Shown one piece after another: positions 8,579-17,988 of a stretch of 64,000 nt of DNA. Made by a program: the position numbers and the translations under genes. The DNA is taken from UHGV virus genome UHGV-0371537, one strand, 5' to 3'. The notes under the pieces were generated by a model. It was not told the DNA's origin and made no database searches. It saw nothing but the letters and a program-made list of their open reading frames with translations. The DNA is from a virus. Positions within the stretch are counted from its first letter, which is position 1; the number at the start of each line of letters is the position of its first letter.

Positions 8579-10915
8579 ATGACCCAAAGTACAGATATCC
8601 TGGCCAAATTTGGCAATCTTCTGAAGGAAGCTGACACCCCGGTAGAGGTGGAAGTCCCATTCGAAGTGCGTGATAACATTACGCACAAACTGACCTTCCG
8701 CAAAGGCCGCGCCAAGAACTTCCGCTCCATCGGCAATCAGTTCATGGAGATTGATTACCAGCGCAACCCGGCTACCCTCGTCACGTCCGATGACAACGGC
8801 GCGGGTAAATCCACGATGCTGGTGTGGCTGTTGTTCTTCGTATTGTACAACGACACGTACAGCAAGAAGGAGAAGAAGGCAGGTCTGGTGAACTCACAGA
8901 GCCGCAAGGAATGTGTGGGCGAGGTGGAGTTTGCCTGTCGCGGCAGCGAATGGAAGGTTCGCCGTGGCATTAAACCTGACTTTGTTGAAGTCTACCAGAT
9001 GGCGGACGGCAAATGGATGCAGATCGATAATGAAGCAGCCAAGGCCGACATGAACAAGTACATCGTGAACCTCATCGGCGTGGACCAGAAGATGTTTGAG
9101 AACTCTCTGGTTCTGGGTAAAGAGAAGTTCATTCCGTTTACGGAGATGTACACTGCCGACCGCCGCGCCATGGTGGAGACGATTTGGGACTTGGGCTTCT
9201 TCAGCCTGATGAACGAAGATGTCAAGGCCGCCATCAAGAAAGCAAACGAAAAGCTGGACACAATCGCAAATGAATGTGCTTTGAAGGTTGTTGACCACAC
9301 CAACAAGAAGACGCAGCTGCAGCAGATAGAGCAGTCCAATGCCCTTATCCAACAGCAGTCGGCTGATATTCTTGTGCAGCAACAGGAAGCACTGACTTCC
9401 CTGGACGCTGACATCGCCACCCAGAATGAAGAGCGCACCCGCCTCACAGCTGTGGAGTTTGAAGCCACCCAGGAAATGAAGACGGTGGAAAGCCGCCTGC
9501 ATGATGAATCCATGGTTGAGATCGAGGCTGTGAAGAAAGACTTTGAAGCCAAGATCCAAACCGTGAAGAATGCTGCTCAGGACAAGGCTGACGATTATGA
9601 ACGCATCGAAGTGTCTACCGCCGAGCATGATCTTCAGGTCTTGCGTGACCGCGCCTTTACAGTGGCCGAAAGCAAGAACACTCTACTCACCGAGCGCAAT
9701 GCAAACCTGGATGCCCTGAACGCTGCTATCCAACGCCGCCAGCAGGGTGAGAACTTCCGCATCAAGTTCCAGACCGAAATGGACGGACATCAGTCGGCCA
9801 TCAAGCGCTTCCACGACATGGGGACTTGCCCTACCTGTACCCAACTGGTCTCCGATGACACCAAGGCGCGGATTGAGAGTGAGTACAATCCTCAGATCCA
9901 GGAACTGCAGTCGAAGTTAGATCAACTGGACAAAGTTACCGCCGATATCAATGTCCTGATCGATGACCACAAGGCTCAGGACGATAAGTTGGTTGCCGAT
10001 ATTGCTGTGTTGGACGCTGAACTGGATGCAATGCGCAAGCAGGCCGACGAAATCGTTGACAACATCAAACAGCTGCGCCGTGACATTCAGGGGTTCCATG
10101 ACGCCGCCACGATCGAGTGTAACTCTCTGAACCGTGAATGTCAGCAGAAGATCCTTGACATCCGTAAGGCGTTGAACGTTCGTTTTGAAGACATCACTGC
10201 ATCGCTGCAACAGACGCGGGAGAACGCCGTTAGCGGGATTAAAGCCGTCGATGATAAGATCGCCGAGCTGAAAGCCCGTCGTGCTCCTCTCGTGGCGTCG
10301 ATTGCCGATCTGGAGCGTAAACTGTCTATACAGCCGACACCCACAGCCGACCTGGAGAATGCCATCTCCTCGATTGAGGGTGAACTGGAAGATCTATACC
10401 AGCGCCGCGAGGATGCTGACCAGGAACTTCAAGACTTACAGCACCTGTTGTTCTTCCTGAAGGATGACCAGACCAAGGCGCGCATCATCGCCCTGTACCT
10501 GCCATTCCTCAATAGCAAGATCAACGAGTATCTTGAAGCCCTTAACATGTTCCTGGACATCGTTGTTGACGATACCTTTGAGATCACCATGAGTGCAGCA
10601 GGTCGCAAGGGGCAGAGCATCTTTTCCTTGTCTACTGGCCAACGCAGTCGTCTGAACCTGGCTGTGACATTAGCCCTGCGTGATGTGGCTAACCTCAAGG
10701 CATCAGTGCAGTGCAACCTGTTCGTGCTGGATGAAATCCTTGAGAACATGAGCGAGCGCGGGGTGCAGGAATCGGTTGAGATGCTGAAGCATAAGTTCGG
10801 CGGGAACAACCTGTTTGTCATCAGTCAGCGTGAGCAGGAGTTCCAGGAATACTTCCAACACAACATCCGTTATGGCCTGCGAAACGGCCTGACCGAAGTT
10901 ATCAAGAAGGATTGA
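8579..10915 (+). CDS. recombination ATPase subunit, gp46/SbcC/Rad50-like
   Basis: Walker A DNGAGKST, long coiled-coil centre with CPTC zinc hook, Walker B LFVLDE at the C-terminus. Confidence 0.85.
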   Translation: MTQSTDILAKFGNLLKEADTPVEVEVPFEVRDNITHKLTFRKGRAKNFRSIGNQFMEIDYQRNPATLVTSDDNGAGKSTMLVWLLFFVLYNDTYSKKEKKAGLVNSQSRKECVGEVEFACRGSEWKVRRGIKPDFVEVYQMADGKWMQIDNEAAKADMNKYIVNLIGVDQKMFENSLVLGKEKFIPFTEMYTADRRAMVETIWDLGFFSLMNEDVKAAIKKANEKLDTIANECALKVVDHTNKKTQLQQIEQSNALIQQQSADILVQQQEALTSLDADIATQNEERTRLTAVEFEATQEMKTVESRLHDESMVEIEAVKKDFEAKIQTVKNAAQDKADDYERIEVSTAEHDLQVLRDRAFTVAESKNTLLTERNANLDALNAAIQRRQQGENFRIKFQTEMDGHQSAIKRFHDMGTCPTCTQLVSDDTKARIESEYNPQIQELQSKLDQLDKVTADINVLIDDHKAQDDKLVADIAVLDAELDAMRKQADEIVDNIKQLRRDIQGFHDAATIECNSLNRECQQKILDIRKALNVRFEDITASLQQTRENAVSGIKAVDDKIAELKARRAPLVASIADLERKLSIQPTPTADLENAISSIEGELEDLYQRREDADQELQDLQHLLFFLKDDQTKARIIALYLPFLNSKINEYLEALNMFLDIVVDDTFEITMSAAGRKGQSIFSLSTGQRSRLNLAVTLALRDVANLKASVQCNLFVLDEILENMSERGVQESVEMLKHKFGGNNLFVISQREQEFQEYFQHNIRYGLRNGLTEVIKKD

Positions 10916-10917
10916 TT

Positions 10918-11082
10918 ATGAACTACGAACAAATTAAACTGGCTATTCTGATCTTTGCATGCATCATTGACATCATTGCATTTTCTCGTGAAACCGAAAG
11001 GAAAAACTACCTGAAAGCACTGGGGTATCTCGGGTTCTCTGCCTGGTTCTGTTATCTACTTGCAGGTCAAATCCTGAAATGA
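10918..11082 (+). CDS. small hydrophobic protein (54 aa), not in ORF track
   Basis: ATG overlaps gp46 stop; MNYEQIKLAILIFACIIDIIAF...FSAWFCYLLAGQILK has two hydrophobic segments; stop overlaps next start. Confidence 0.3.
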   Translation: MNYEQIKLAILIFACIIDIIAFSRETERKNYLKALGYLGFSAWFCYLLAGQILK

Positions 11083-11408
11083 AAGTCGTCCACTTCAAGA
11101 AGGAGCCATATGACGTCTACATCGGGCGTCCCGGGAAATGGGGAAACCCGTTCGAGGTCAAAGACCACGGGCGGGGGAACTGCATCGAGTTGTTTGAAGA
11201 CTACTTGTATGTGCGCCTGATTGAAGGGGATATCACCGAGGATGAACTCCTTGAGCTTGATGGGAAGATCTTGGGGTGTTGGTGTAAGCCGCGCCCCTGT
11301 CACGGAGATGTTTACGTCAAAGTCATTGGTCGTATTAAACTATTCCGCAAGCTGGGTAAATCCTTTACTGAACACCTGAGACAAACATATGTCAGAATCA
11401 AAAGATGA
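11079..11408 (+). CDS. DUF4326-like protein
   Basis: GNPF ... CWCKPRPCHGDV pattern, as I recall it for DUF4326. Confidence 0.45.
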   Translation: MKVVHFKKEPYDVYIGRPGKWGNPFEVKDHGRGNCIELFEDYLYVRLIEGDITEDELLELDGKILGCWCKPRPCHGDVYVKVIGRIKLFRKLGKSFTEHLRQTYVRIKR

Positions 11409-11673
11409 AATCCAAGACTCCTGTGACATTGCGGTTGAAATCTGGAACCGTCGGAACCCGCATTACCAGGTGACCGTCACGCCAAATCGCTACCTTGAGC
11501 AGGGTGGTTTGATTGTTGTTGATGCTGTGGTTGCGTTCAACAAGTACGCCGACATGCAAATCCTGGACGGCAACTTCACTGTCGCGACCAAGACGGCTTG
11601 GGATGACCCGATGGAGTTTGTCTACGGCTGGCTGGAGTGTATCGAAGAATCCTACCACCTCATCTACGAATGA
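11389..11673 (+). CDS. hypothetical protein
   Basis: ORF overlapping the preceding gene end; terminator follows. Confidence 0.35.
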   Translation: MSESKDEIQDSCDIAVEIWNRRNPHYQVTVTPNRYLEQGGLIVVDAVVAFNKYADMQILDGNFTVATKTAWDDPMEFVYGWLECIEESYHLIYE

Positions 11674-11680
11674 GGCTGAA

Positions 11681-11713
11681 GGGCACTAAATATCACGTGC
11701 CCTTTATCTTTTA
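11681..11713 (+). terminator. rho-independent terminator
   Basis: GGGCAC-taaatatcac-GTGCCC hairpin followed by TTTATCTTTT. Confidence 0.6.
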
Positions 11714-11772
11714 ACCCCTGTCAGGAGGCTCAATCGAGCTGCAAGTCGACAAACCACATAAGGAACGCCATC

Positions 11773-12387
11773 ATGACGATGACAACGTTGAAGGCCATGG
11801 CCTTGTCCGTGACCTTTACCATTGCCAGCGGGAATGTGCACGCTTCCCAAAATACAAGTCAATGTGTTTATGATTTCTCTGAGCAACAACTTAATACGCT
11901 GGCAACTGCCTATCACATAGGCAAGACACAAGATCTTGGTTACACTCTGGCCGCCATATCTTGGCGAGAGAGCCGCGCTGGTGAAGATGTAGTGTCAATG
12001 CGCTATGGACTCAAGGCGGCCAACATGGGAGCCTTTCAGAACAAGGTGAAGACAGTTGGTGATCGCGAAGGTTGTAAGAATCGCAAGTGCTATGCCAATG
12101 TCGCCATAAAGTTGCTGACCGACCAAGAATATGCCGCGCAAGCCGCCCTCGAAGAGATGCAGTTCTGGCTGACCTATCACAAGCAGAATGTACGCAAATC
12201 CCTCTCCTCTTACAATGCTGGCTTCGCCCGTAATCCCGCATCGAACGCTTATGCCGCTGACGTCGTGAAGAAAGCTAAATATCTTCAGAAATGTGTGTCC
12301 TTCAAAGGCCGGACCATCTCCGAGGTAGATCCTCAGGTGATCGCCATGAACAAGCGCACGATAGAGAAACTGAAGAGGACAAGATAA
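11773..12387 (+). CDS. secreted protein with lytic-transglycosylase (SLT)-like motifs
   Basis: N-terminal signal peptide (MTMTTLKAMALSVTFTIASGNVHA); E-S (ISWRESRAGE), G-x-x-Q (MGAFQ) and YNAG (SSYNAGFARNP) in SLT-like order. Confidence 0.4.
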   Translation: MTMTTLKAMALSVTFTIASGNVHASQNTSQCVYDFSEQQLNTLATAYHIGKTQDLGYTLAAISWRESRAGEDVVSMRYGLKAANMGAFQNKVKTVGDREGCKNRKCYANVAIKLLTDQEYAAQAALEEMQFWLTYHKQNVRKSLSSYNAGFARNPASNAYAADVVKKAKYLQKCVSFKGRTISEVDPQVIAMNKRTIEKLKRTR

Positions 12388-13025
12388 TGAACATCACTCC
12401 ATCTCAGACCGGATATGAACATATCTTGGTCTTCATCGCTCTACAGGGCGCGAAGGAAGGCATCATCGTATCCGAGTACTCGGGGACTGTGCGCCTTGCC
12501 GATTACGTCGCACCCGAGGCGTTCATTAAGAAGTGTATTGATGCGTGGTGCCTCTATGCCCTCGGCACGTATCCTGCCCCTCCTGAGGGCGAGCTGTTGT
12601 TTACTGTACCGACTCCGGCTGCTGGCGATACGGACGCGATCTTTGCCGATATGCTGGCCAAGGGGTATCTGGTGTATGATATCACTCACGATGTCTACTC
12701 CTTCACCTCGCTGAACACCGTGTTTGGGTTCACCATCACGTCTGAAGCCAACATCCCTGACTGGGGCATCTTGGCGTGGGGCGTTGACGGCCTGGGCGCA
12801 ACCTATGCATCGTCCGATGTCGGTCCTGTGTTGATTGATGAGGGTGTAACCATGGAGCAGTACCTTGCTCAGTTCCCTCAGCACAATATCACAGGCAGCG
12901 ACATCATTTTAGTTCAGCCTGGTGCTATCGCTCTCCCCCGTTTGGTGGATGGATGGAAGCCTCAGCTGAAGGATATCATCGCCGGGATCAGATTCCATAT
13001 TCCTGTGGTGAACCCAACGCCGTAA
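12387..13025 (+). CDS. hypothetical protein
   Basis: ATG overlaps upstream stop (TAATGA); track ORF starts earlier in the same frame. Confidence 0.45.
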   Translation: MNITPSQTGYEHILVFIALQGAKEGIIVSEYSGTVRLADYVAPEAFIKKCIDAWCLYALGTYPAPPEGELLFTVPTPAAGDTDAIFADMLAKGYLVYDITHDVYSFTSLNTVFGFTITSEANIPDWGILAWGVDGLGATYASSDVGPVLIDEGVTMEQYLAQFPQHNITGSDIILVQPGAIALPRLVDGWKPQLKDIIAGIRFHIPVVNPTP

Positions 13026-13055
13026 AAATAATTCAATAAAAGGGGCTTTCGCCCC

Positions 13056-13084
13056 TTTACTTCTTCAATATCCTTCCCTATACT
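13056..13084 (+). promoter_or_regulatory. sigma70-like early promoter TTTACT-N17-TATACT
   Basis: -35 TTTACT (13056-13061), 17-bp spacer, -10 TATACT (13079-13084); directly after a hairpin. Confidence 0.55.
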
Positions 13085-13132
13085 TCATTCCATAAGCAGT
13101 ACGACACCAACTTGAAACGAAGGAACTATATT

Positions 13133-13492
13133 ATGGCTATCACCACAAAAACTGAATTGAACGCGATCCTGAAAGAAGCTGGCTTCGGTAGTATCAAACG
13201 CCAGGGCAAGGTTTTACGCGATGGCGGTAAAATCGTAAAGGGCATCATGTTGGGAAGTACTGGCCCGTTGAGCATCAGCTCCCCTCAGTATGACAATCTT
13301 CGTAAACTGGCGCGTGAACTTCTCCAAGAAGACCTCCATATCACGACGCAAGAAACCAATTATGTGGTTTTGGAATGCAACAAATTCATCGTCAGCCTTT
13401 ACATCTGCAGCACCCGCTCATATCCGGTGTCTGAAGGTTATGACCCAATGTATCTGACCCATTATGCTCAGGTTACTGTCAAAGCAAAATAA
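13133..13492 (+). CDS. hypothetical protein
   Basis: ATG at 13133 with GAAGGAA SD; conserved leader shared with genes at 19446 and 26876. Confidence 0.45.
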   Translation: MAITTKTELNAILKEAGFGSIKRQGKVLRDGGKIVKGIMLGSTGPLSISSPQYDNLRKLARELLQEDLHITTQETNYVVLECNKFIVSLYICSTRSYPVSEGYDPMYLTHYAQVTVKAK

Positions 13493-13503
13493 TCAAATTC
13501 AAC

Positions 13504-13530
13504 GGGGAGCTTCGGCTCCTCTTTTGTTTT
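13504..13530 (+). terminator. rho-independent terminator
   Basis: GGAGC-ttcg-GCTCC hairpin followed by TCTTTTGTTTT. Confidence 0.6.
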
Positions 13531-13576
13531 CGCTAATTAAGGAAAACCGCACCGATTTATTATCAGGAGAATTACA

Positions 13577-15565
13577 ATGGCCACCCCATCTTTCTTAAAT
13601 TTCCTTGAAGAGTCTAAACAATTAGACGAAGCGTTCAACTCCGCTCCGTATGAGCTGACCATGGGTAAGAAGAACGCAGGCGATGTGTTCTTCACCTTCA
13701 TCGACGAAGATGAAAAGGAATACCGTATTCAGTTCTATACCCCACAGGGGCTGGGCAAGAACGTTCGTCAGGTCTTCATCGGCCAGAAGCGCGGCTCCGT
13801 CTACCCTGATGCCATCGCTCGCTTCAAAAACCCAATGCGCGTCATCGCCTCCATGATCGAAGCGACCAAGCAGTTCCTGGCGACCCCTCTGGGCAAGACC
13901 ATCGATGGTTATGCTGTCAACTTCTCTAAGAAAGCGCTGGAACGCGGGATGACCCTGATTCCTAAGATCATCCGCCAGTCCGGCCTGAAGCAGAAACTGA
14001 ACGTCATGGACCTGACTTACGCGCCTGTCCCTGACCGTGGTTATGTGTGGTTGGTCCGCAAGGGCAAAGATCCGGCTCAGGTATTCGACGGTCCGAAGAT
14101 GCAGGGCATCACCTGGGATGATCCAGACAAGGTCGGTGACGTTCCGGTTCAGAACAATACCCCAGATGTGGGGACTTCATCTTCTGTTGATGATTCCAAC
14201 GGATGGAAATTAACTTCAAACGGGGATCAGCCTATGTTGATCTGGGTTGGCAAAGAGAGAGGCCGCATGAACACGGCAAATATCGCTCCCCACTACAATG
14301 AGCCAGGCGTGTATGTTGGCGCATACATGAATGAGAAATCTGTGCGTGGGCAAAGTGCTGATTTCATTGCTCGTCAGTTGAAATTACCGCAAGTCCCTAT
14401 CAGTATCCTGAATGATTTCACCACGGCGTCCACAAAATTTTGGAAAGGTTCTCAGCAGAAGTCTGCGCCAGCTGACTCCAACACCACTATTGGTGCTCGG
14501 GGTGTGGGAACTGGGTCTGGTTCTTCTGAAATCGAAATCAACCGCGACTGGTACAACAGCTCAGACACTGGTCTGGTGTTGAAGAGCGGGCGCGACCCGA
14601 TTCGCGGAAACTACACCCGCTTGATGAGCGGTTCGAGAGAAGTAGCCACATTCTATGGCTATGATTTTGACAAATACCCAGACGGAACTGAAGTATCTTG
14701 GAATATGAAGCGCGGCTTCACCAACCAAGACTTGGTCGGTGCGTCCATGACCAAACAGAAGAAAGGCATGTACGATCAGTACACTTTCAAGAAAGGTGCT
14801 CAGTTAATTCTGGTGGTGGACGTTGATACCAGCAACAATACCAACACCCTCAGTTCTAACGACCTAAAAATCCCGCGCAACGCCGAAGTATTCGGTGAAA
14901 CTGGTAGTGGTTTCTCCGTTCGGTGGGCTGTCAATTTCCCCGAAACGGGAAAATATGCCGGTACTTCTATGATAACCAACGTAACCTATTATCATGACAA
15001 AGGCAAAGTTGCATTCACCCCAATTGTCTCTCAGAAAGGGCGTACCCTGAACAATCCGAAGACATATGAACTTCCTTTGAACAAAGATTTGGTCCAGAGT
15101 GTGATTGATGAGATTTCATCAAAAATGGTATATCTTTCCAGAAACCTCCAACAGTTGAAAAGTCAGACATACAACCCAAACCAGGTTTTCTTGAATGATA
15201 TAACCATCACGGATAAAGGTGAAGTGATTTGGAACGATTACAACTTGTCTGACGGCAAAGTTACACAAATTATGCTGTCCATGATAAGCGCAGAAAATAA
15301 ACGCTTGGAGAAAGTGACAAACAGGCCGGATATCACATTACCAAAGAAACAAGCCGAAGTAGTAGAATTTATAAACCGGATGATTGATATTGATCTCGGA
15401 CCTTATTTGAGAGAACCCAAAAAACGTGATGTGGTATTATTCGACTCTTCTGAATTGTCGATAAACCAACTCAACAACATAGAACGCCTGGGAAGAGAAA
15501 CAGGAAAATGGTCTCTTCAGTCAAACGGCGGTATGGGTCATGCACTATTTCTGAATGTTTGGTGA
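13577..15565 (+). CDS. large hypothetical protein (662 aa)
   Basis: Long ORF with AGGAGAA SD; no motif recognised. Confidence 0.55.
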   Translation: MATPSFLNFLEESKQLDEAFNSAPYELTMGKKNAGDVFFTFIDEDEKEYRIQFYTPQGLGKNVRQVFIGQKRGSVYPDAIARFKNPMRVIASMIEATKQFLATPLGKTIDGYAVNFSKKALERGMTLIPKIIRQSGLKQKLNVMDLTYAPVPDRGYVWLVRKGKDPAQVFDGPKMQGITWDDPDKVGDVPVQNNTPDVGTSSSVDDSNGWKLTSNGDQPMLIWVGKERGRMNTANIAPHYNEPGVYVGAYMNEKSVRGQSADFIARQLKLPQVPISILNDFTTASTKFWKGSQQKSAPADSNTTIGARGVGTGSGSSEIEINRDWYNSSDTGLVLKSGRDPIRGNYTRLMSGSREVATFYGYDFDKYPDGTEVSWNMKRGFTNQDLVGASMTKQKKGMYDQYTFKKGAQLILVVDVDTSNNTNTLSSNDLKIPRNAEVFGETGSGFSVRWAVNFPETGKYAGTSMITNVTYYHDKGKVAFTPIVSQKGRTLNNPKTYELPLNKDLVQSVIDEISSKMVYLSRNLQQLKSQTYNPNQVFLNDITITDKGEVIWNDYNLSDGKVTQIMLSMISAENKRLEKVTNRPDITLPKKQAEVVEFINRMIDIDLGPYLREPKKRDVVLFDSSELSINQLNNIERLGRETGKWSLQSNGGMGHALFLNVW

Positions 15566-15637
15566 AACAAGCTGAACTTGAACAGAATAAAGCCCCTCCG
15601 GGGGCTAATTACATCTAAATCCCCGAGGAGAGATCCA

Positions 15638-16210
15638 ATGAAACCTTTTATCGAATATTTTAAAGAGCAAGCTGCACAGCCTCAGACCCATGCTGGTGTC
15701 CAGGGTAAGACCGTATCCATCACCAAGCAAGCTGACGGCACCCAGTGGTGTTCCGGCGCTACCGTGACCCAGATCACTCCTGACAATCAGGCGGATGTCT
15801 ACAACCTGGAGTTAACCAACGGCAACACCATCAAGGTGAAGCTGACCCCAGACCAGACTCACGGTATCTCCCAAGGTCAGGAAGTTGTTGCTGTCCACGA
15901 TGGCTTCGAATTCTTCTTCTTCGGCAAGTCCGCCGACAAAGGCCAGGTGACTGAAGCCTATGCCCAGGAACTGGCGAACATGGACAAGATGATCGGTAAA
16001 GCACTGGGTGTTGGCAAGTCCCGCAAGAGTGGTCGCACTGAGTTCGAATACTCTGGCATCCCTGGCATCGGCAAGGCGATCACCGTGAACTTCGGCGGCG
16101 AAGATGACCCATATGTGATCGTCACCTGCAACGGCAAAGAGCAGGACATCAGCAAGGGTAAAAACCTGGCTGCTGACATTGCCAAGTTCCTCGGTGTTAA
16201 GCCTGTGTAG
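15638..16210 (+). CDS. hypothetical protein
   Basis: ATG 15638 after GAGGAGAGA; followed by a bidirectional terminator. Confidence 0.5.
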   Translation: MKPFIEYFKEQAAQPQTHAGVQGKTVSITKQADGTQWCSGATVTQITPDNQADVYNLELTNGNTIKVKLTPDQTHGISQGQEVVAVHDGFEFFFFGKSADKGQVTEAYAQELANMDKMIGKALGVGKSRKSGRTEFEYSGIPGIGKAITVNFGGEDDPYVIVTCNGKEQDISKGKNLAADIAKFLGVKPV

Positions 16211-16244
16211 AAGGGTGAACTTTGCAACCGGGTGAGTCGTAAAA

Positions 16245-16272
16245 TAAACCCCGCTTTTCGCGGGGTTTTGTT
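16245..16272. terminator. bidirectional rho-independent terminator
   Basis: AAACCCCGC-ttttc-GCGGGGTTT hairpin flanked by A-run and T-run, between convergent genes. Confidence 0.65.
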
Positions 16273-16876
16273 ATTTCACATACATACTGACTTGTACTTT
16301 CTTACCTTTTTCGTTTTTGACGTCCATCAGCTTGGATGCACCATTCAGTTTCATGACGGTTCCGCGTTCTTTGCCGCCATTCGGTAACTCGTATTCAATA
16401 TCTTCCCCAGGAGATGGCATACCCGCATGAGGTCCCATAACCATGGCGATCTTATAACGAGCCAAGCCGGGGCGACCGCCTTTATACGCATACCAACCAC
16501 CTTCAGTCATTTCTTTCCATTGCTTGTTACCGTCAATGGAGATAAAGGAATTGCCCATACCTGATTTGACATCCAACAAGTCAATATATTTGCCTGATTT
16601 GTTGTACTTGACAGCGGTGTCAGTATCAACCTTGTCAATCATCTGGGCGCTGGCAAACTGTCCATCTTTCAATCCAGATGCTGAGATGATGTCTTTGGCA
16701 TTGGCCAGGATTATCTTGCGACCGTCAGGGGTTTCAAAGGTGGCTTTGTCGCCACTAACACTAACTCGCAAGAAAGTGCCGATATTGTCTTCGGTGGACT
16801 TGCCGATCTTGTCTGACTTGATATGAACAGACATCGGTGGCGCGGCTTCGGTCAAAAAGTCTTGAAAAGTTTTCAT
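16271..16876 (-). CDS. hypothetical protein
   Basis: Isolated minus-strand ORF between convergent terminator and divergent promoter region; GGAG SD. Confidence 0.5.
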   Translation of the reverse strand: MKTFQDFLTEAAPPMSVHIKSDKIGKSTEDNIGTFLRVSVSGDKATFETPDGRKIILANAKDIISASGLKDGQFASAQMIDKVDTDTAVKYNKSGKYIDLLDVKSGMGNSFISIDGNKQWKEMTEGGWYAYKGGRPGLARYKIAMVMGPHAGMPSPGEDIEYELPNGGKERGTVMKLNGASKLMDVKNEKGKKVQVSMYVK

Positions 16877-16965
16877 TTTCGTTCTCCAGTTATATTATTC
16901 TATATAGTACCTCATGGACCCATTAACACTAAATACTAGATGGTTCACAATACAGGAAACAAATC

Positions 16966-17319
16966 ATGGTTAACGCGAGTATTTTCATCAACCGTGGACT
17001 GCTTGCTATAGCCCACTCTCATGCCCTGCACTTCGTTACAACGTCCTATGCCAAGCACAAAGCTCTCGGGGAGTTCTACGGGGAACTGGAGGACTTGCTG
17101 GACACGTTTACCGAAGCATACATCGGTGCGGGTGGCCAGTACGTTCCGTCGTTTGAGAACATCAAGCTCTATAACCCAGACCCTATCTCCTATGTCAACA
17201 GCGTGGTGATAGACGTCGATGGCATCTACAGGCAGTGCGACTCCCACCTTCAGAACACGCTTGATGAAATCAAGACGCTGTGCTATCAGACGATCTACAA
17301 ACTGAAGCAGCTGTCGTAA
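16966..17319 (+). CDS. hypothetical protein
   Basis: ORF with TAAATA element about 31 nt upstream. Confidence 0.4.
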   Translation: MVNASIFINRGLLAIAHSHALHFVTTSYAKHKALGEFYGELEDLLDTFTEAYIGAGGQYVPSFENIKLYNPDPISYVNSVVIDVDGIYRQCDSHLQNTLDEIKTLCYQTIYKLKQLS

Positions 17320-17376
17320 GTCAATACGAAATAAAGGCATATAATTTTGCTCATTATTCACCGAAAGGAAAGGACA

Positions 17377-17988
17377 ATGAGCAAAATCTTTACCCCGACA
17401 CATCGTGAAGGATGTGAGATCGCGGCCAACTACCTGCGCGGTCGCATGAACTGCGGCGCAGTCTTCATCGAACCAAACTCCTTCGACAACAAAGAATCGC
17501 CAGATGCCATCGGGTTTCGTTCAGGCGGGTGCTCTGTCCTGATGGAAGTGAAGGTGTCCCGCGCCGACTTCCTCACCGACAAGAAGAAGCCCCATCGGAT
17601 GGACCCCACAACAGGGATGGGCGCATACCGCTTTTATGTCTGCCCTCAGGATGTGATCAGGGTTGAAGACCTGCCACCAAAGTGGGGGTTGTTCTACTTC
17701 ACACCTCGCAAGTCCCTGATGCCCGTTCATGTGCCGGACATGCAATACTCCTCGTTGTCATCACCAGAGCATTATCAGAAGTATCTTGATGAACAGATCA
17801 AGAGAGGAAGAACCGTCACCCGGCATATGCGCAGCTACATGGAACTTCTCGACGGCTTCGCCCACTTTGAGCGCAACACGGCTGGAGAACAGAATATCCT
17901 GTATGGGGCTTGGCGGCAACTGTGTATAGCTCAAAGTCGTGGTGTAGACTATACTGTGACCGAAGTGTTCCAGAGGCCGAAGATCTAA
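17377..17988 (+). CDS. PD-(D/E)XK nuclease-like protein
   Basis: Core ...PDAIGF...SVLMEVKVSRADF... fits a PD-(D/E)xK pattern; AAAGGAAAGGA SD. Confidence 0.4.
   Translation: MSKIFTPTHREGCEIAANYLRGRMNCGAVFIEPNSFDNKESPDAIGFRSGGCSVLMEVKVSRADFLTDKKKPHRMDPTTGMGAYRFYVCPQDVIRVEDLPPKWGLFYFTPRKSLMPVHVPDMQYSSLSSPEHYQKYLDEQIKRGRTVTRHMRSYMELLDGFAHFERNTAGEQNILYGAWRQLCIAQSRGVDYTVTEVFQRPKI

Noticed and set aside
8894-9628. Long antisense ORFs nested inside large genes (also 23325..24008 in nrdA, 25406..26269 in nrdB, 34219..34866 in gp32, 16945..17403, 35349..35885)
   Set aside because: They lie fully within, and antisense or out-of-frame to, genes with strong motif support; typical shadow ORFs with no RBS.
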